Assembly: GCA_963745335.1 (NCBI GenBank)
Contig: CAVUXP010000010.1
Coordinates: forward strand, 8,459-72,458
Reading direction: 5' to 3'
DNA: 64,000 nt
Source of the DNA: an uncultured Actinomycetota bacterium
Lineage (GTDB): Bacteria > Actinomycetota > Actinomycetes > Actinomycetales > Dermatophilaceae
The notes below the pieces were generated by a model. It did not search any database, was not told the DNA's origin, and was given only the letters and a program-made list of their open reading frames with translations. Both the position numbers and the translations under genes were made by a program. Below, in pieces: positions 49,118-58,191 of the stretch. Within the stretch, counting starts at the first letter, position 1. Each line of letters starts with the position of its first letter.

Positions 49118-49182
49118 GTCTCACAGTCCGCTGCAGGACGGCCATCCGTCTCACGCAGTCTCATACTCTCGGCTACGTCTCA
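49118..49182 (+). repeat. four direct GTCTCA hexamers in a low-GC spacer
   Basis: GTCTCA at 49118, 49148, 49158 and 49177 (spacings 30, 10 and 19 nt). The inverse TGAGAC occurs twice, at 41533 and 41564. Confidence 0.6.
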
Positions 49183-49208
49183 GGATCGCTCGACGCTGAC
49201 ACGCGCCC

Positions 49209-50465
49209 TCAGGCGTGGTCGCGCAGGTACCGGCCGAAGTGCGGCACGGTGAAGGCGATCCGGCCCCGCTCGCCCGAGTAGATGAGGCCCTTCTTGAGCA
49301 GGGCGTCCCGCGCGGGCGAGAGCGACTGCGGCTTGCGGCCGAGGTGGGCGGCGACGTCGGCCGTGGCGACCGAGTCGGTCCCCGGGTCGGTCCCCTCGCT
49401 GCCGTCCGCGGGCGAGTCTCCCTGCGCCGCACCGGCATACGCGACATCGGCCATCGCGCGGAGGTACTCGCGCTCCCCCGGCGTGGCCCGCTCGAACCGG
49501 CTCCCGAAGAAGCCGACCGCCAGCTCCGCCTCGGCCTCCGGCGCGGCCACGGCGACATCGGCCGCGCCGACCGGCGAGCGGGGTGCGAGGTCCCACACCG
49601 CCTTGCCGTAGGCCTGGACGAAGTAGGGGTAGCCGCCGGTCGCCGCATACATCGCGGCGAGGGCCTCCGGCTCGTAGGCCGCCCCCTCCTCCTCCGCCGG
49701 ACGCACGAGGGCCGCGTCGGCGGCGCCTCGCTCCAGCCGGTCGATCCGGACGTACCGGAAGAGCCGCTCGGAGTAGGACTTCGACGCGGCGAGCACCGAC
49801 GGCAGGTGCGGCAGCCCGGCGCCGACGACGATGACCGGCAGCCGCGACTGGGAGATCTCGTGGGCGGCCGCGCACAGCGCCGAGACGTCCTCGGGGCCGA
49901 GGTCCTGCATCTCGTCGATGAAGACGGCGACGCCGCGGCCCGCGTCCGCCGCCAGCCCGCCGATGTCGGTGAGCAGCTCGACGAGGTCGATCTCGATGTC
50001 GCCGGAGTCGGCACGCCCCGCGACGGCCGGCGCGGTGATGCCGGGGTTCCACCGGTCCCGCAGGCGGGGCGCCCGGCCGGGCCGGCCCGCCGACCCCGTG
50101 ACCTCACGCTGGGCGAAGGCCCGGACGACGCCGAGGGCATGGTCGACCGGCTCCCCCGCCGGGAGGCCGAGCTCGCGGACGGCCTGGTGGAGTGCCGAGG
50201 CGAGGGGCCGGCGGATCGAGGTGTCGGGTCGGGCCTCGAGCTTCCCGGTCCCCCACCCGGCCCGGACCGCCGCCGAGCGCATCGCGTTGAGCAGCACGGT
50301 CTTGCCGACGCCACGCAGGCCGGTGAGGACGACCGAGCGCTCGGGACGGCCCCGGACCACCCGCTCGAGGACGACGTCGAAGCCGTCGAGCTGCTCGTCA
50401 CGGCCGGCCAGCTCGGGCGGGCGCTGCCCGGCCCCGGGGGCATAGGGGTTCCGGATCGGGTCCAC
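49209..50465 (-). CDS. AAA+ ATP-binding protein (Arch_ATPase/ORC-like) with a C-terminal winged helix
   Basis: NPYAPGAGQRPPELAGRD ... VLTGLRGVGKTVLL (Walker A), VAVFIDEMQDL (Walker B), C-terminal LLKKGLIYSGERGRIAFTVPHF. Confidence 0.75.
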   Translation of the reverse strand: MDPIRNPYAPGAGQRPPELAGRDEQLDGFDVVLERVVRGRPERSVVLTGLRGVGKTVLLNAMRSAAVRAGWGTGKLEARPDTSIRRPLASALHQAVRELGLPAGEPVDHALGVVRAFAQREVTGSAGRPGRAPRLRDRWNPGITAPAVAGRADSGDIEIDLVELLTDIGGLAADAGRGVAVFIDEMQDLGPEDVSALCAAAHEISQSRLPVIVVGAGLPHLPSVLAASKSYSERLFRYVRIDRLERGAADAALVRPAEEEGAAYEPEALAAMYAATGGYPYFVQAYGKAVWDLAPRSPVGAADVAVAAPEAEAELAVGFFGSRFERATPGEREYLRAMADVAYAGAAQGDSPADGSEGTDPGTDSVATADVAAHLGRKPQSLSPARDALLKKGLIYSGERGRIAFTVPHFGRYLRDHA

Positions 50466-50565
50466 GATCGGAGGCTATACGGCTTTCTAGCGCCGACGGC
50501 ATACATCCGAATACGGGGCTAGGACGTGTCGGGCCCCTTCCCTCCCGCCCTCCGGGCGCCTATTC

Positions 50566-50583
50566 TTTGAGCAAGTGCTCAAA
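50566..50583. promoter_or_regulatory. 8-2-8 inverted repeat, probable TetR operator
   Basis: TTTGAGCA-AG-TGCTCAAA, with a third half-site TTGCTCA at 50587-50593, just upstream of the TetR RBS. Confidence 0.5.
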
Positions 50584-50603
50584 CCAGTTGCTCAGGAGGC
50601 TCC

Positions 50604-51253
50604 GTGGCCACCACTCGGACCCGCCGAGAAGGCACCTCGCCCCGGGAGAGCAGCAGACACCCGCGCCGCCCTCGTCGCCGCCGCGACCGAGGCCCTCGCC
50701 GAGGTCGGGTTCGCCGGGGCGAGCGCCCGCGAGATCGCCCGCCGGGCGGGGTGCAACCAGGCGCTCGTCTTCTACCACTTCGGCACGGTGCTCGACCTGC
50801 TCCTCGCCGCCCTCGACGCGGTGAGCGAGCGCCGGCTCGCGGCCTACGCGCCGCTGGTGGGGTCGAGCGGGTCGCCCGCCGACCTCGTCGACGCCCTCGG
50901 CGAGGTCGTCCGTGCCGACCTCGCCTCCGGTGACGTCGCCGTCCTCGTCGAGATGGTCGCCGGCGCCCAGTCCGTCCCGGGGCTCGGTCCGCGGGTCGCC
51001 GAGCGGCTCGAGCCGTGGCGCGAGCTGGCGCGCGAGGCGGTGCGCCGCGCCGTCGCGGGTATGCCGTTCGCCGCCCTCGTGCCGGTCGAGGACCTCGCGC
51101 ACGGGGTCGTCGCCGGCGTCCTCGGCCTCGAGCTGCTCGCCACTCTCGACGGGGACCACGACCGCGCGGGCGCCCTCCTGGACCGCCTCGGTGGTCTGGC
51201 GGCCCTCGCCGAGCTCACCACCCCGGTTCGCGGCGCCCGGGGACCCGACATGA
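50604..51253 (+). pseudogene. TetR family transcriptional regulator, probably two frame shifts as assembled
   Basis: GTG 50604 lies 5 nt after AGGAGG (VATTRTRREGTSP). The HTH FAGASAREIARRAGCNQALVFYHFG lies in the frame of ORF 50575. Only the frame of ORF 50912..51253 gives a stop, and it overlaps the next ATG (ATGA 51250-51253). Confidence 0.7.
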
Positions 51254-51675
51254 CCGCCCCGGCCACGGCCCCCGGAGCCGGGCCTCCTCGAGCCGGGGGC
51301 CGCCGCCCCCGCCCGTCCTGGCGCCGGGTCCTCGCCTGGGTGGCCACCGGCGCGGCGGGGGTCGTGGGCGTCCTCGGGATCCTCACGATCGGCATGTTCA
51401 TCCTCCCCGTCGTCTACGTCGCCATCGGCTCGCTCCTTCTCGGCACTCGGCCGCTGCGCTTCGTCGCCGCGGCGCTCATGGCCGAGTCGGCGCCGATGCT
51501 CATCGCCGCGCGGTTCCTCTGGGGGGGACCCGTCCACGAATGCCACGACCTCGCCGACGGCGGCATCACATGCACCGACATCCCCAGCCCCTACCCGTGG
51601 CTCGCTCTCGGCATCGCCCTCCTCGTGGGCGGCGGTGCGTGGTGGGTCGCCCTCGGCCGGCGGACCCGGCCCTAG
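51250..51675 (+). CDS. small membrane protein (3-4 helices)
   Basis: MTAPATAP ... VLAWVATGAAGVVGVLGILTIGMFILPVVYVAIGSLLLG. In the assembled sequence it is in frame with the TetR body, with no intervening stop. Confidence 0.5.
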   Translation: MTAPATAPGAGPPRAGGRRPRPSWRRVLAWVATGAAGVVGVLGILTIGMFILPVVYVAIGSLLLGTRPLRFVAAALMAESAPMLIAARFLWGGPVHECHDLADGGITCTDIPSPYPWLALGIALLVGGGAWWVALGRRTRP

Positions 51676-51684
51676 GCTGGGCGG

Positions 51685-52323
51685 GTGGCGCCCTCCCGAC
51701 CCGCACTGGTGCGTCTGTCGGGGCTCCTCCTCGCCGTCACCCTCGGCAGCGCCCTCGCCGTCATCGTGCTCGGGGGGGACCTCGAACGGGTCCGCCGTGC
51801 CGTCGACGCCAGCGGGGCCTGGGGGCCGCTCGTCTACATCGGGCTGCACATCGTCGTCACCCTCGTCCCGGTCCCGAAGAACCTGCTCGCCGGCATCGCG
51901 GGTGCGCTCTTCGGCCTGACGGCCGGCATCGTCCTGTCCTGGGTCGCCGCGATGGTCAGCGCCTGGGTGACCTTCCTCCTCGCGCGCCGCCTGGGCCACG
52001 ACGCCGTCGCGAGCATCACCGGCCCTCGCATCGACCGAGCCCGGCAGGTGCTGCGCGACCAGGGGCTGCTCGCCGTCGTCGTGGCCAGGCTGACCCCCGT
52101 CGTCCCGTTCACCGTCATCAACTACGGCGCCGGGGTGAGCCCGATCGCTCGGCGCGAGTTCGTCGTCGGGACCGCGATGGGGATCATCCCGGGCACCGTC
52201 GCGTATGCCGCCGTCGGAGCCTCGGCCGGGGAGCACACCTCGGCCATCGGGCTGGCCGGCGGCGCGCTCGTCCTGCTCCTCGTCGCGGCGGGCCTCGTCG
52301 CCCGGCGACTACGCCGGCCCTGA
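51685..52323 (+). CDS. TVP38/TMEM64 (DedA/SNARE-associated) family membrane protein
   Basis: LVPVPKNLLAGIAGALFG ... ARLTPVVPFTVINYGAGVS. Confidence 0.85.
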   Translation: MAPSRPALVRLSGLLLAVTLGSALAVIVLGGDLERVRRAVDASGAWGPLVYIGLHIVVTLVPVPKNLLAGIAGALFGLTAGIVLSWVAAMVSAWVTFLLARRLGHDAVASITGPRIDRARQVLRDQGLLAVVVARLTPVVPFTVINYGAGVSPIARREFVVGTAMGIIPGTVAYAAVGASAGEHTSAIGLAGGALVLLLVAAGLVARRLRRP

Positions 52324-52333
52324 TCGGTCTCCG

Positions 52334-52862
52334 CTACCGCCCGAGCGAACGGTCGCGCAGAGCGACGAGGTGGCCGACGACACCGGGGAGCCATCCCGTC
52401 TCGCCTCGCATCCATCGGGAGGCGACGAGGTTGCCCGGGACCACGGAGAAGGAGCCGCTGAAGCCGCCGGCCACGGCGAGGTCGGTCCCGAAGACGTCCG
52501 TGACGAGCTGCCAGTCCAGGTCGGTATGCCGGTGGAGGTGTTCCCCGATCCCGAGCGCGTAGCGGGTCACGAGGGCGCCGTGGTCCGGCCGGTCCGCGGG
52601 GGTGGCCGACCGACCACGCGGCATACGTCCGGTCGTAGCCGGCGCCGAGCGAGGCGAGGTCGTCGACGTCGACGCCGTCGGCGGCCAGCTCCTCGACGGC
52701 GGCGGCGATCCGGGCCAGATCCGCCTCGGGCGCCGGGGCGACCTTGGGGCGCAGTGGGCGCCCGTCGTCGTCCTCGATGTCGGCGAAGGCCGGGTCGACC
52801 GCACCGGTGACCGGCTCGTCCGGGGCGGACTCCTCCTCGCGGTGTCTCCTGAACAGCGCCAT
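52334..52862 (-). pseudogene. hypothetical protein (DUF3806-like), frame-shifted at a G5 run
   Basis: The N-terminus lies in ORF 52122..52862 (MALFRRHREEES ... YDRTYAAWSVG). The C-terminus ADRPDHGALVTRYALGIGEHLHRHTDLDWQLVTDVFGTDLAV lies in ORF 52334..52804. The junction is at G5 52598-52602. Confidence 0.45.
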
Positions 52863-52910
52863 GCGCGGTCCCCTTCCTCGCCGTCTCGTCTGCCGCGCCG
52901 GGGGCCCGGG

Positions 52911-54011
52911 TCAGGTCGTGACCGGGCCCATCGTCACGACCTCGAACGCGCTGCCCGGGACGCTCTTGAGGGTCCCGAGCTCGTCGTCGCTCCAGCGGCG
53001 GTCGGGCGCACCCGAGATGTACCAGTTCGAGCCGTTGTCAGCCACGATCATGCCGTAGGTCTTGAGTGCCTGGAGGACGACCTTGGCCTGAGGGGGGAAG
53101 CCGGAGATGTCATAGCCCTTCGTCAGCCGAACCCGCATGCCCATGGGCGGCAGGCTCGCCGAGGTGCGGCTGCTCGCGTAGTGACGGGCCGGCGCGACGT
53201 AGGCCCGCCGGGTCGTCGCGACGGTGAAGCGCAGGGCGTGGTCGATGTGGCCGGCCGCCACCTCGTCGTAGCGGACCAGGCCCGGCAGGATCGGCAGTCC
53301 GGCCGCGTCGGCACTCGTCCAGCCGGCCGGGCGGAGCGCGTTGCTCGACAGGTCGAAGACCGCCCCGGACCCCGCGTGCCAGGACGTGCCGCCACCGAGC
53401 GGATGGGCGTCGAACAGCTCGTAGAGCCGCCAGGCGTCCCGGTCCAGGACGATGACGTGCCGGTCGCCGGAGGCGGACGCGCCGCCCTCGATGGGCGCGT
53501 TCGCGGGGATCGGGTACGGGCCCTTGTCGCTCTCGGAGGCGTAGTCGAAGCTGACGGGGACCCGCTTCTGCGAGCCGGAGACGACGACGTACGGGATGCC
53601 GAACGGCCCGCCGTTCCAGTTCGCCCCGAAGTCCGGATGGAGGTGGCCGCTCCGGCCGATCGACGCGATGAGGGTGGCCGACGCGGGGTCGACCGGCGCC
53701 GTGTCGATCCGGGTGTTCCACGCGTTGTCGGCGGGGAAGGGCCGGTTGCCGTGGAGCGACCCGCCGACGCCGAGGGTCGGCGACCGGTGGACGGACCCGC
53801 CGACGGGGTTCCGGGTCGGGAGCGACCCGGCGTGCGCACGTGGCGCGTCGGACGAGGGAGTCGGGCCGGCGGGGCTCGTCGTGGGCACGATCGGGGCGGG
53901 GCGCGCCGCCCTGCTGGCCGTGATGTCCGGGTCGGGGGTGGCACCGCACGCGGCCACGGTCAGGGCGAGGACGACGAGCGCCGTGGCGGCGAGGGCGCGG
54001 CTGCGCCTCAT
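52911..54011 (-). CDS. conserved secreted lipoprotein of unknown function
   Basis: MRRSRALAATALVVLALTVAACG lipobox. Conserved-looking blocks GWTSADAAGLPILPGLVRYDEV, HALRFTV, YGMIVADNGSNWYISG. Confidence 0.7.
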   Translation of the reverse strand: MRRSRALAATALVVLALTVAACGATPDPDITASRAARPAPIVPTTSPAGPTPSSDAPRAHAGSLPTRNPVGGSVHRSPTLGVGGSLHGNRPFPADNAWNTRIDTAPVDPASATLIASIGRSGHLHPDFGANWNGGPFGIPYVVVSGSQKRVPVSFDYASESDKGPYPIPANAPIEGGASASGDRHVIVLDRDAWRLYELFDAHPLGGGTSWHAGSGAVFDLSSNALRPAGWTSADAAGLPILPGLVRYDEVAAGHIDHALRFTVATTRRAYVAPARHYASSRTSASLPPMGMRVRLTKGYDISGFPPQAKVVLQALKTYGMIVADNGSNWYISGAPDRRWSDDELGTLKSVPGSAFEVVTMGPVTT

Positions 54012-54021
54012 GGGCGCGAGA

Positions 54022-54789
54022 CTAGCGCGCCCCCCGGCTCCTCGCGGTCGGGTCGTCCCGAGGCGAGGCAGCGTCGGGGGCCCCGCGTCCGGCCCGGCCG
54101 CTGTGGAAGGCGTAGACCACGAGGGCGGCCCGGTCGCGGCATCCGGTCTTGGCGAGCAGATGGTTGATGTGGGTCTTGACCGTGGCGGTCGACACGACGA
54201 GCCGCGACGCGATCTCGCCGTTCGTGCACCCCTGCGCCACGAGGGCGAGCACCTCCTCCTCCCGGTCGGTGAGGACCACGTCGTCGGACACCACCGGAGC
54301 GACCCCGCCCGGGACGTCGGTCGCGCTCGCGCCGAGGGCGCCACCGCCCACCGGGCGGTCCCCGGACAGCGCCTCGAGGAGCCGGTGCTGGACGCTGGGG
54401 TCGAGATGGGCGTGTCCCTCCATGACGGTGCGGATGGCGTCCCGGATCGCGTCCGCACCCGCGTCCTTGGTGAGGAAGCCCTTCGCCCCTGCCTGCAGGG
54501 CACCGAAGACCAGCGCGTCGTCGTCGGCATACGTCGTGAGGACGATGACGCGGGACCGCAGCCCGCGCTCGGTCAGCTCGCGGGTGGCGCTGACCCCGTC
54601 GAGGGTGGGCATGTGCAGATCCATGAGGACGATGTCGGGGTCGAGGCTCTCGGCCTGGCGGACCGCGTCGGCCCCGTCGACCGCAGAGCCCACGACGGTC
54701 ATCCCCTCGAGCAGCCCGACGAGGAGGGTGAGGCCCTCGCGGACGAGCGTCTGGTCGTCCGCGACGAGGACGCGAGTCGGCTCAGCCAC
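54022..54789 (-). CDS. LuxR/NarL-family response regulator
   Basis: RVLVADDQ ... DIVLMDLHMP receiver, and C-terminal LTDREEEVLALVAQGCTNGEIASRLVVSTATVKTHINHLL. GTG 54787-54789 overlaps the kinase stop. Confidence 0.9.
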   Translation of the reverse strand: MAEPTRVLVADDQTLVREGLTLLVGLLEGMTVVGSAVDGADAVRQAESLDPDIVLMDLHMPTLDGVSATRELTERGLRSRVIVLTTYADDDALVFGALQAGAKGFLTKDAGADAIRDAIRTVMEGHAHLDPSVQHRLLEALSGDRPVGGGALGASATDVPGGVAPVVSDDVVLTDREEEVLALVAQGCTNGEIASRLVVSTATVKTHINHLLAKTGCRDRAALVVYAFHSGRAGRGAPDAASPRDDPTARSRGAR

Positions 54790-55975
54790 CGGACACCTTC
54801 CCGTCCCGCGATCCCTCGCCGAACGGTGCCGGCAGCGACATCCGGACCCGCCACCCCCGCGCGTGCGGGCCGGACTCGCAGTGCCCACCGAGAGCGGCCG
54901 CCCGCTCGGCGAGACCGCCCAGTCCGTAGCCGCCGGACGGTGGCGGGGCGAGGACCTGACCGCCGCCGTCGTCGACGACCTCGACGACGACCGCCTCGTC
55001 CGACCAGGTGACGGTCACCGCGACGTGAGAGCCGGGACCGGCGTGCTTCGTCGCGTTCGTCAGGCTCTCCTGGACACATCGATAGAGCGTCAGGTCCGTC
55101 TGTCCGCTCACCGCGTGCGGTTCGCCGACCACCGTCATCGTGGCGACCAGCCCCCGCAGTCTCGCCTGCTCCACGAGCTCGGCGACGTCCTGCCAGCCGG
55201 GCAGCCGGTCGCCGCGCAGGGTGGCGACGGCCTGTCGGGCGTTGACCAGCCCCGACCTCGTGGCGACCTGTGCGGCGGCGATCTGCTGCACGAGACGCGG
55301 GTCGGCGCTCGTGCGCTCGGCCATGAGCCGGGCGCCCTCGAGCTGGACCGAGAGTCCCGACATCGTGTGGGCGAGGATGTCGTGCAGCTCCCGCGCGAGG
55401 CGGGAACGCTCGGACAGGACGGCGGCACGCTCGGTGGCCGCCTTGGCCTCCTGCTGGGCTCGGAGCAGCTCTTCGGCACGGGCGCGGGCGTCCCGGTTCG
55501 CCGCGGCGAAGGCCGTGGCGAGGAGCAGGAAGCCGGCCCCCATCGCGAGGTTGAGGGCCGCGCTCACCGGATGCTCGGAGGTCAGGGCCTCGGCGGCGCT
55601 GGCCGCGGCGAGGACGATGCCGCCGCCGATGATGGCCGCACGCCTAGGCACCCGCAGCCCCAGTCCGGCCATGGCCATGAACGCGAGGATGAAGCCGGGC
55701 CCGGACGGATGGATGAGGTCCAGTGCCGCACCGGCGAGGCCGGTCGCCAGGAGCGCGGCCACGAGGGGCGGGCCCACCAGCCGGTCGTCGAGCGAGGCGA
55801 TCCAGCCGGTCAGCGCGACGATGGTGAGCGCGACGACGGCCACGGCGGCGGGAGAGCCCTCCGGCAGGCCGTCCACCACCGTCCCGACGGCGATGACCAC
55901 GGCGGCGAGCCAGCCGGCGCGGACGAGCGGTCGCCGAAGCCGCGCCGGGGCGTCGGCCGCGGCGCTGGTCGCCAT
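54782..55975 (-). CDS. sensor histidine kinase (HisKA_3/DesK-NarX type)
   Basis: Four or five N-terminal helices, H-box RLARELHDILAHTMS, and ATP lid GYGLGGLAERAAALGG. Confidence 0.9.
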   Translation of the reverse strand: MATSAAADAPARLRRPLVRAGWLAAVVIAVGTVVDGLPEGSPAAVAVVALTIVALTGWIASLDDRLVGPPLVAALLATGLAGAALDLIHPSGPGFILAFMAMAGLGLRVPRRAAIIGGGIVLAAASAAEALTSEHPVSAALNLAMGAGFLLLATAFAAANRDARARAEELLRAQQEAKAATERAAVLSERSRLARELHDILAHTMSGLSVQLEGARLMAERTSADPRLVQQIAAAQVATRSGLVNARQAVATLRGDRLPGWQDVAELVEQARLRGLVATMTVVGEPHAVSGQTDLTLYRCVQESLTNATKHAGPGSHVAVTVTWSDEAVVVEVVDDGGGQVLAPPPSGGYGLGGLAERAAALGGHCESGPHARGWRVRMSLPAPFGEGSRDGKVSGG

Positions 55976-56095
55976 CGGGGATCGGATCCCTACCGGTGAA
56001 GAGGACATTCGGGGTAAGGATGACCTCACCCCGGCCGGTCCGGCAAGTGGCCGGCTCGACCGGGGTGGTCGGGGTGGACGGCGAGGTCCCCCGCA

Positions 56096-56677
56096 TCAGT
56101 GGGAGAGGCGGTCGGGCGACCCGGCGGCATCGGCTGCGCGCTCGACCTCGACCACGGCGCGGGCCCTGGCGACGCTCCGGTCGACGAGCCCGCCGTTCCG
56201 CTCGGCGACGACGCCGGTGACGATGACGCGGACGGCGACCATGGCCATCGCCATCATGACGAACGCGGCGGTCCAGGCGTCGCCCCCGGTGATGAGGTGG
56301 TCGCGGGAGAAGGTGACGATCCACCCCGTGAACCAGTGGTCGGCGCCGTAGGCGAAGAGCATCCGGCCGCCGATGACGGCGACCCACAGCGCGGCGAACC
56401 CGACCCCGGCGGTCGTGACCACCTGCAGGCCCTCCCGCCGGACGGAGACGAGCATCGCGGCGACGACGCCGAGGGCGGCACCGAGCGCGAGGCCCACCGC
56501 GTCGAGCCAGAGGTCGTTGCCCTGGGTGGGGACGTTGCGCAGGTAGGTGCCGCAGATCGCGACGACGATGAGCAGCGGCAGGAGGAGCCGTCCGCGGTGG
56601 ATCGGCCGGGTGCCGAGGTTGCTCAGCAGAACCCAGGCGAGAAGGCCGAGGTTGAGGACGTACTGGCTGGTGGTCAT
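56096..56677 (-). CDS. membrane protein (DUF1453-like), upstream of the two-component pair
   Basis: MTTSQYVLNLGLLAWVLLSNLG ... with five helices. ATG 56675-56677 within ORF 56096..57178. Confidence 0.55.
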   Translation of the reverse strand: MTTSQYVLNLGLLAWVLLSNLGTRPIHRGRLLLPLLIVVAICGTYLRNVPTQGNDLWLDAVGLALGAALGVVAAMLVSVRREGLQVVTTAGVGFAALWVAVIGGRMLFAYGADHWFTGWIVTFSRDHLITGGDAWTAAFVMMAMAMVAVRVIVTGVVAERNGGLVDRSVARARAVVEVERAADAAGSPDRLSH

Positions 56678-56843
56678 GTCCGAATCGCTCCTTGGTCGGG
56701 GTCGGTGGTCACCGACTCCACGAGGTTCGGCCATGACGGCATCGGCCCGCGTCGGCGCGCGGGTTGAACCTGCGGCGGCGGCCTCCACCCCTGGGTGGAG
56801 GCACGCCGCGGGAACGGACCGGACGGCGGCCCGGTGGCCGGAC

Positions 56844-57761
56844 TCAGGCGGGGGCCGAACCCAGCCCGTCGACGAACTCGGCGACGATCGCGGCGAACCG
56901 CTCCGGCTGGTCCTCCTGGACGAAATGACCGGCGCCCTCGATGACCGTGTGCGCCCGGCCCTGCGCGCCGGGGATCTTCGACTGCATCCACCGGTCGCCG
57001 CCCCGGGTGATCGGGTCGCCGTCGCTGAACGCGGTGAGGAAGGGCACGTCGAGGGTGGCCAGCCGCTCCCACGCGGCCCGGTTGGCGGGGGTGGCGGGGT
57101 CGTCGGGGGTGTTGGGGACGAGGTCGGGGAAGACCCGGATCCCGGCGCAGAAGGACTCGTCGGGGAACGGCGCGGCATACGCGGCGAGCTCGTCCTCGGC
57201 GAGGGGGCGGCGGCAGCCGGAGGCGACCATCCGCGCGACGTCGAGCCGTGGCGCGGTGCGGACCATCTCGCGGAAGAGCTGCCACTCCTGGGGCATCGGG
57301 ACGTCGCCGGTCGGCAGGCCGGTGTTCGACATGACGACCCCGGCGAAGCGGTCGGGGTGCTCGGCGAGCAGTCGCATCCCGATGAGCCCGCCCCAGTCCT
57401 GCCCGACGTAGTGGATGTCGGTCAGCCCGAGGCCGTCGAACAGTCCCGCGCGCAGCCACTCGACGTGCGCGGCATACGAGTAGTCCGCGCGGTCGGTCGG
57501 CTTGTCGGACCGGCCGCACCCGATGAGGTCGGGCACGACGACGCGCAGCCCGGCGGCGACGAGCGGCGGGATCATCCGGCGGTAGAGGTAGCCCCACGTC
57601 GGCTCGCCGTGGACGAGGACGACGACCGGCCCGTCGGCGGGCCCCGCGGTGACGTGGGCCATCCGGAGCCCGCTGGCCGGGTCGGCGTCGACCCAGCCGG
57701 GTTCGTGGTCGAACCCCTCGACGACGTCGAACCGCTCGGCCGGGGTGCGCATGATGTCCAT
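56844..57761 (-). CDS. haloalkane dehalogenase-type alpha/beta hydrolase
   Basis: VLVHGEPTWGYLYR, nucleophile elbow VGQDWGG, C-terminal GAGHFVQED. Start at MDIMRTPAERF. Confidence 0.85.
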   Translation of the reverse strand: MDIMRTPAERFDVVEGFDHEPGWVDADPASGLRMAHVTAGPADGPVVVLVHGEPTWGYLYRRMIPPLVAAGLRVVVPDLIGCGRSDKPTDRADYSYAAHVEWLRAGLFDGLGLTDIHYVGQDWGGLIGMRLLAEHPDRFAGVVMSNTGLPTGDVPMPQEWQLFREMVRTAPRLDVARMVASGCRRPLAEDELAAYAAPFPDESFCAGIRVFPDLVPNTPDDPATPANRAAWERLATLDVPFLTAFSDGDPITRGGDRWMQSKIPGAQGRAHTVIEGAGHFVQEDQPERFAAIVAEFVDGLGSAPA

Positions 57762-57969
57762 CCGGGCAGTATGCCGCTCCACCGCTCCCCCGCTCGCCCC
57801 GGCAGTCCCGGCAGTCCCGGCAGTCCCGCCCCGGCGGGCGAGCCGCGGCCGCGGCGGTCACGGCCGCGGCGGCTGGGCCGTCGCCGCGGGAGTCGCCGCA
57901 GAGTCGCCGCGGGCGTCGGCCCGGCCCGGACCGCGCGTCGGCGTGACAGCGGCCGGTGCGACGGCTGTA

Positions 57970-58191
57970 GTGGTCCCCGTGCGGCGTGCGGAGCAGATCG
58001 GGTGGCTGATGTTCATGGCGAGCGCGATCTTCTTCGGCTGGTCGGGGGTCCGGGCCGGGGACTGGCTCGTCGTCGCCGGGAGCGTCGTCTTCGGCCTCGC
58101 CTGCGTCCTCTTCCTCCTCCCCCACGACCAGCGACTGACCCCGGCCCGCCAGTCCCAACTTCCCCACCTGAGGCGGGAATGTGGCACTTGA
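57970..58191 (+). CDS. small two-helix membrane protein (hypothetical)
   Basis: GWLMFMASAIFFGWSGVRAGDWLVVAGSVVFGLACVLFLL with high G/C3. The last 15 or so codons and the stop lie inside the family-B repeat. Confidence 0.35.
   Translation: MVPVRRAEQIGWLMFMASAIFFGWSGVRAGDWLVVAGSVVFGLACVLFLLPHDQRLTPARQSQLPHLRRECGT

Noticed and set aside
41470-49208. The lower-GC segment was considered as a complete biosynthetic gene cluster or an integrated mobile element.
   Set aside because: There is no PKS, NRPS, terpene or other core synthase. There is also no integrase, transposase, tRNA target or clear long direct repeat. Only compositional and short-repeat hints remain, and these are reported separately at modest interest.
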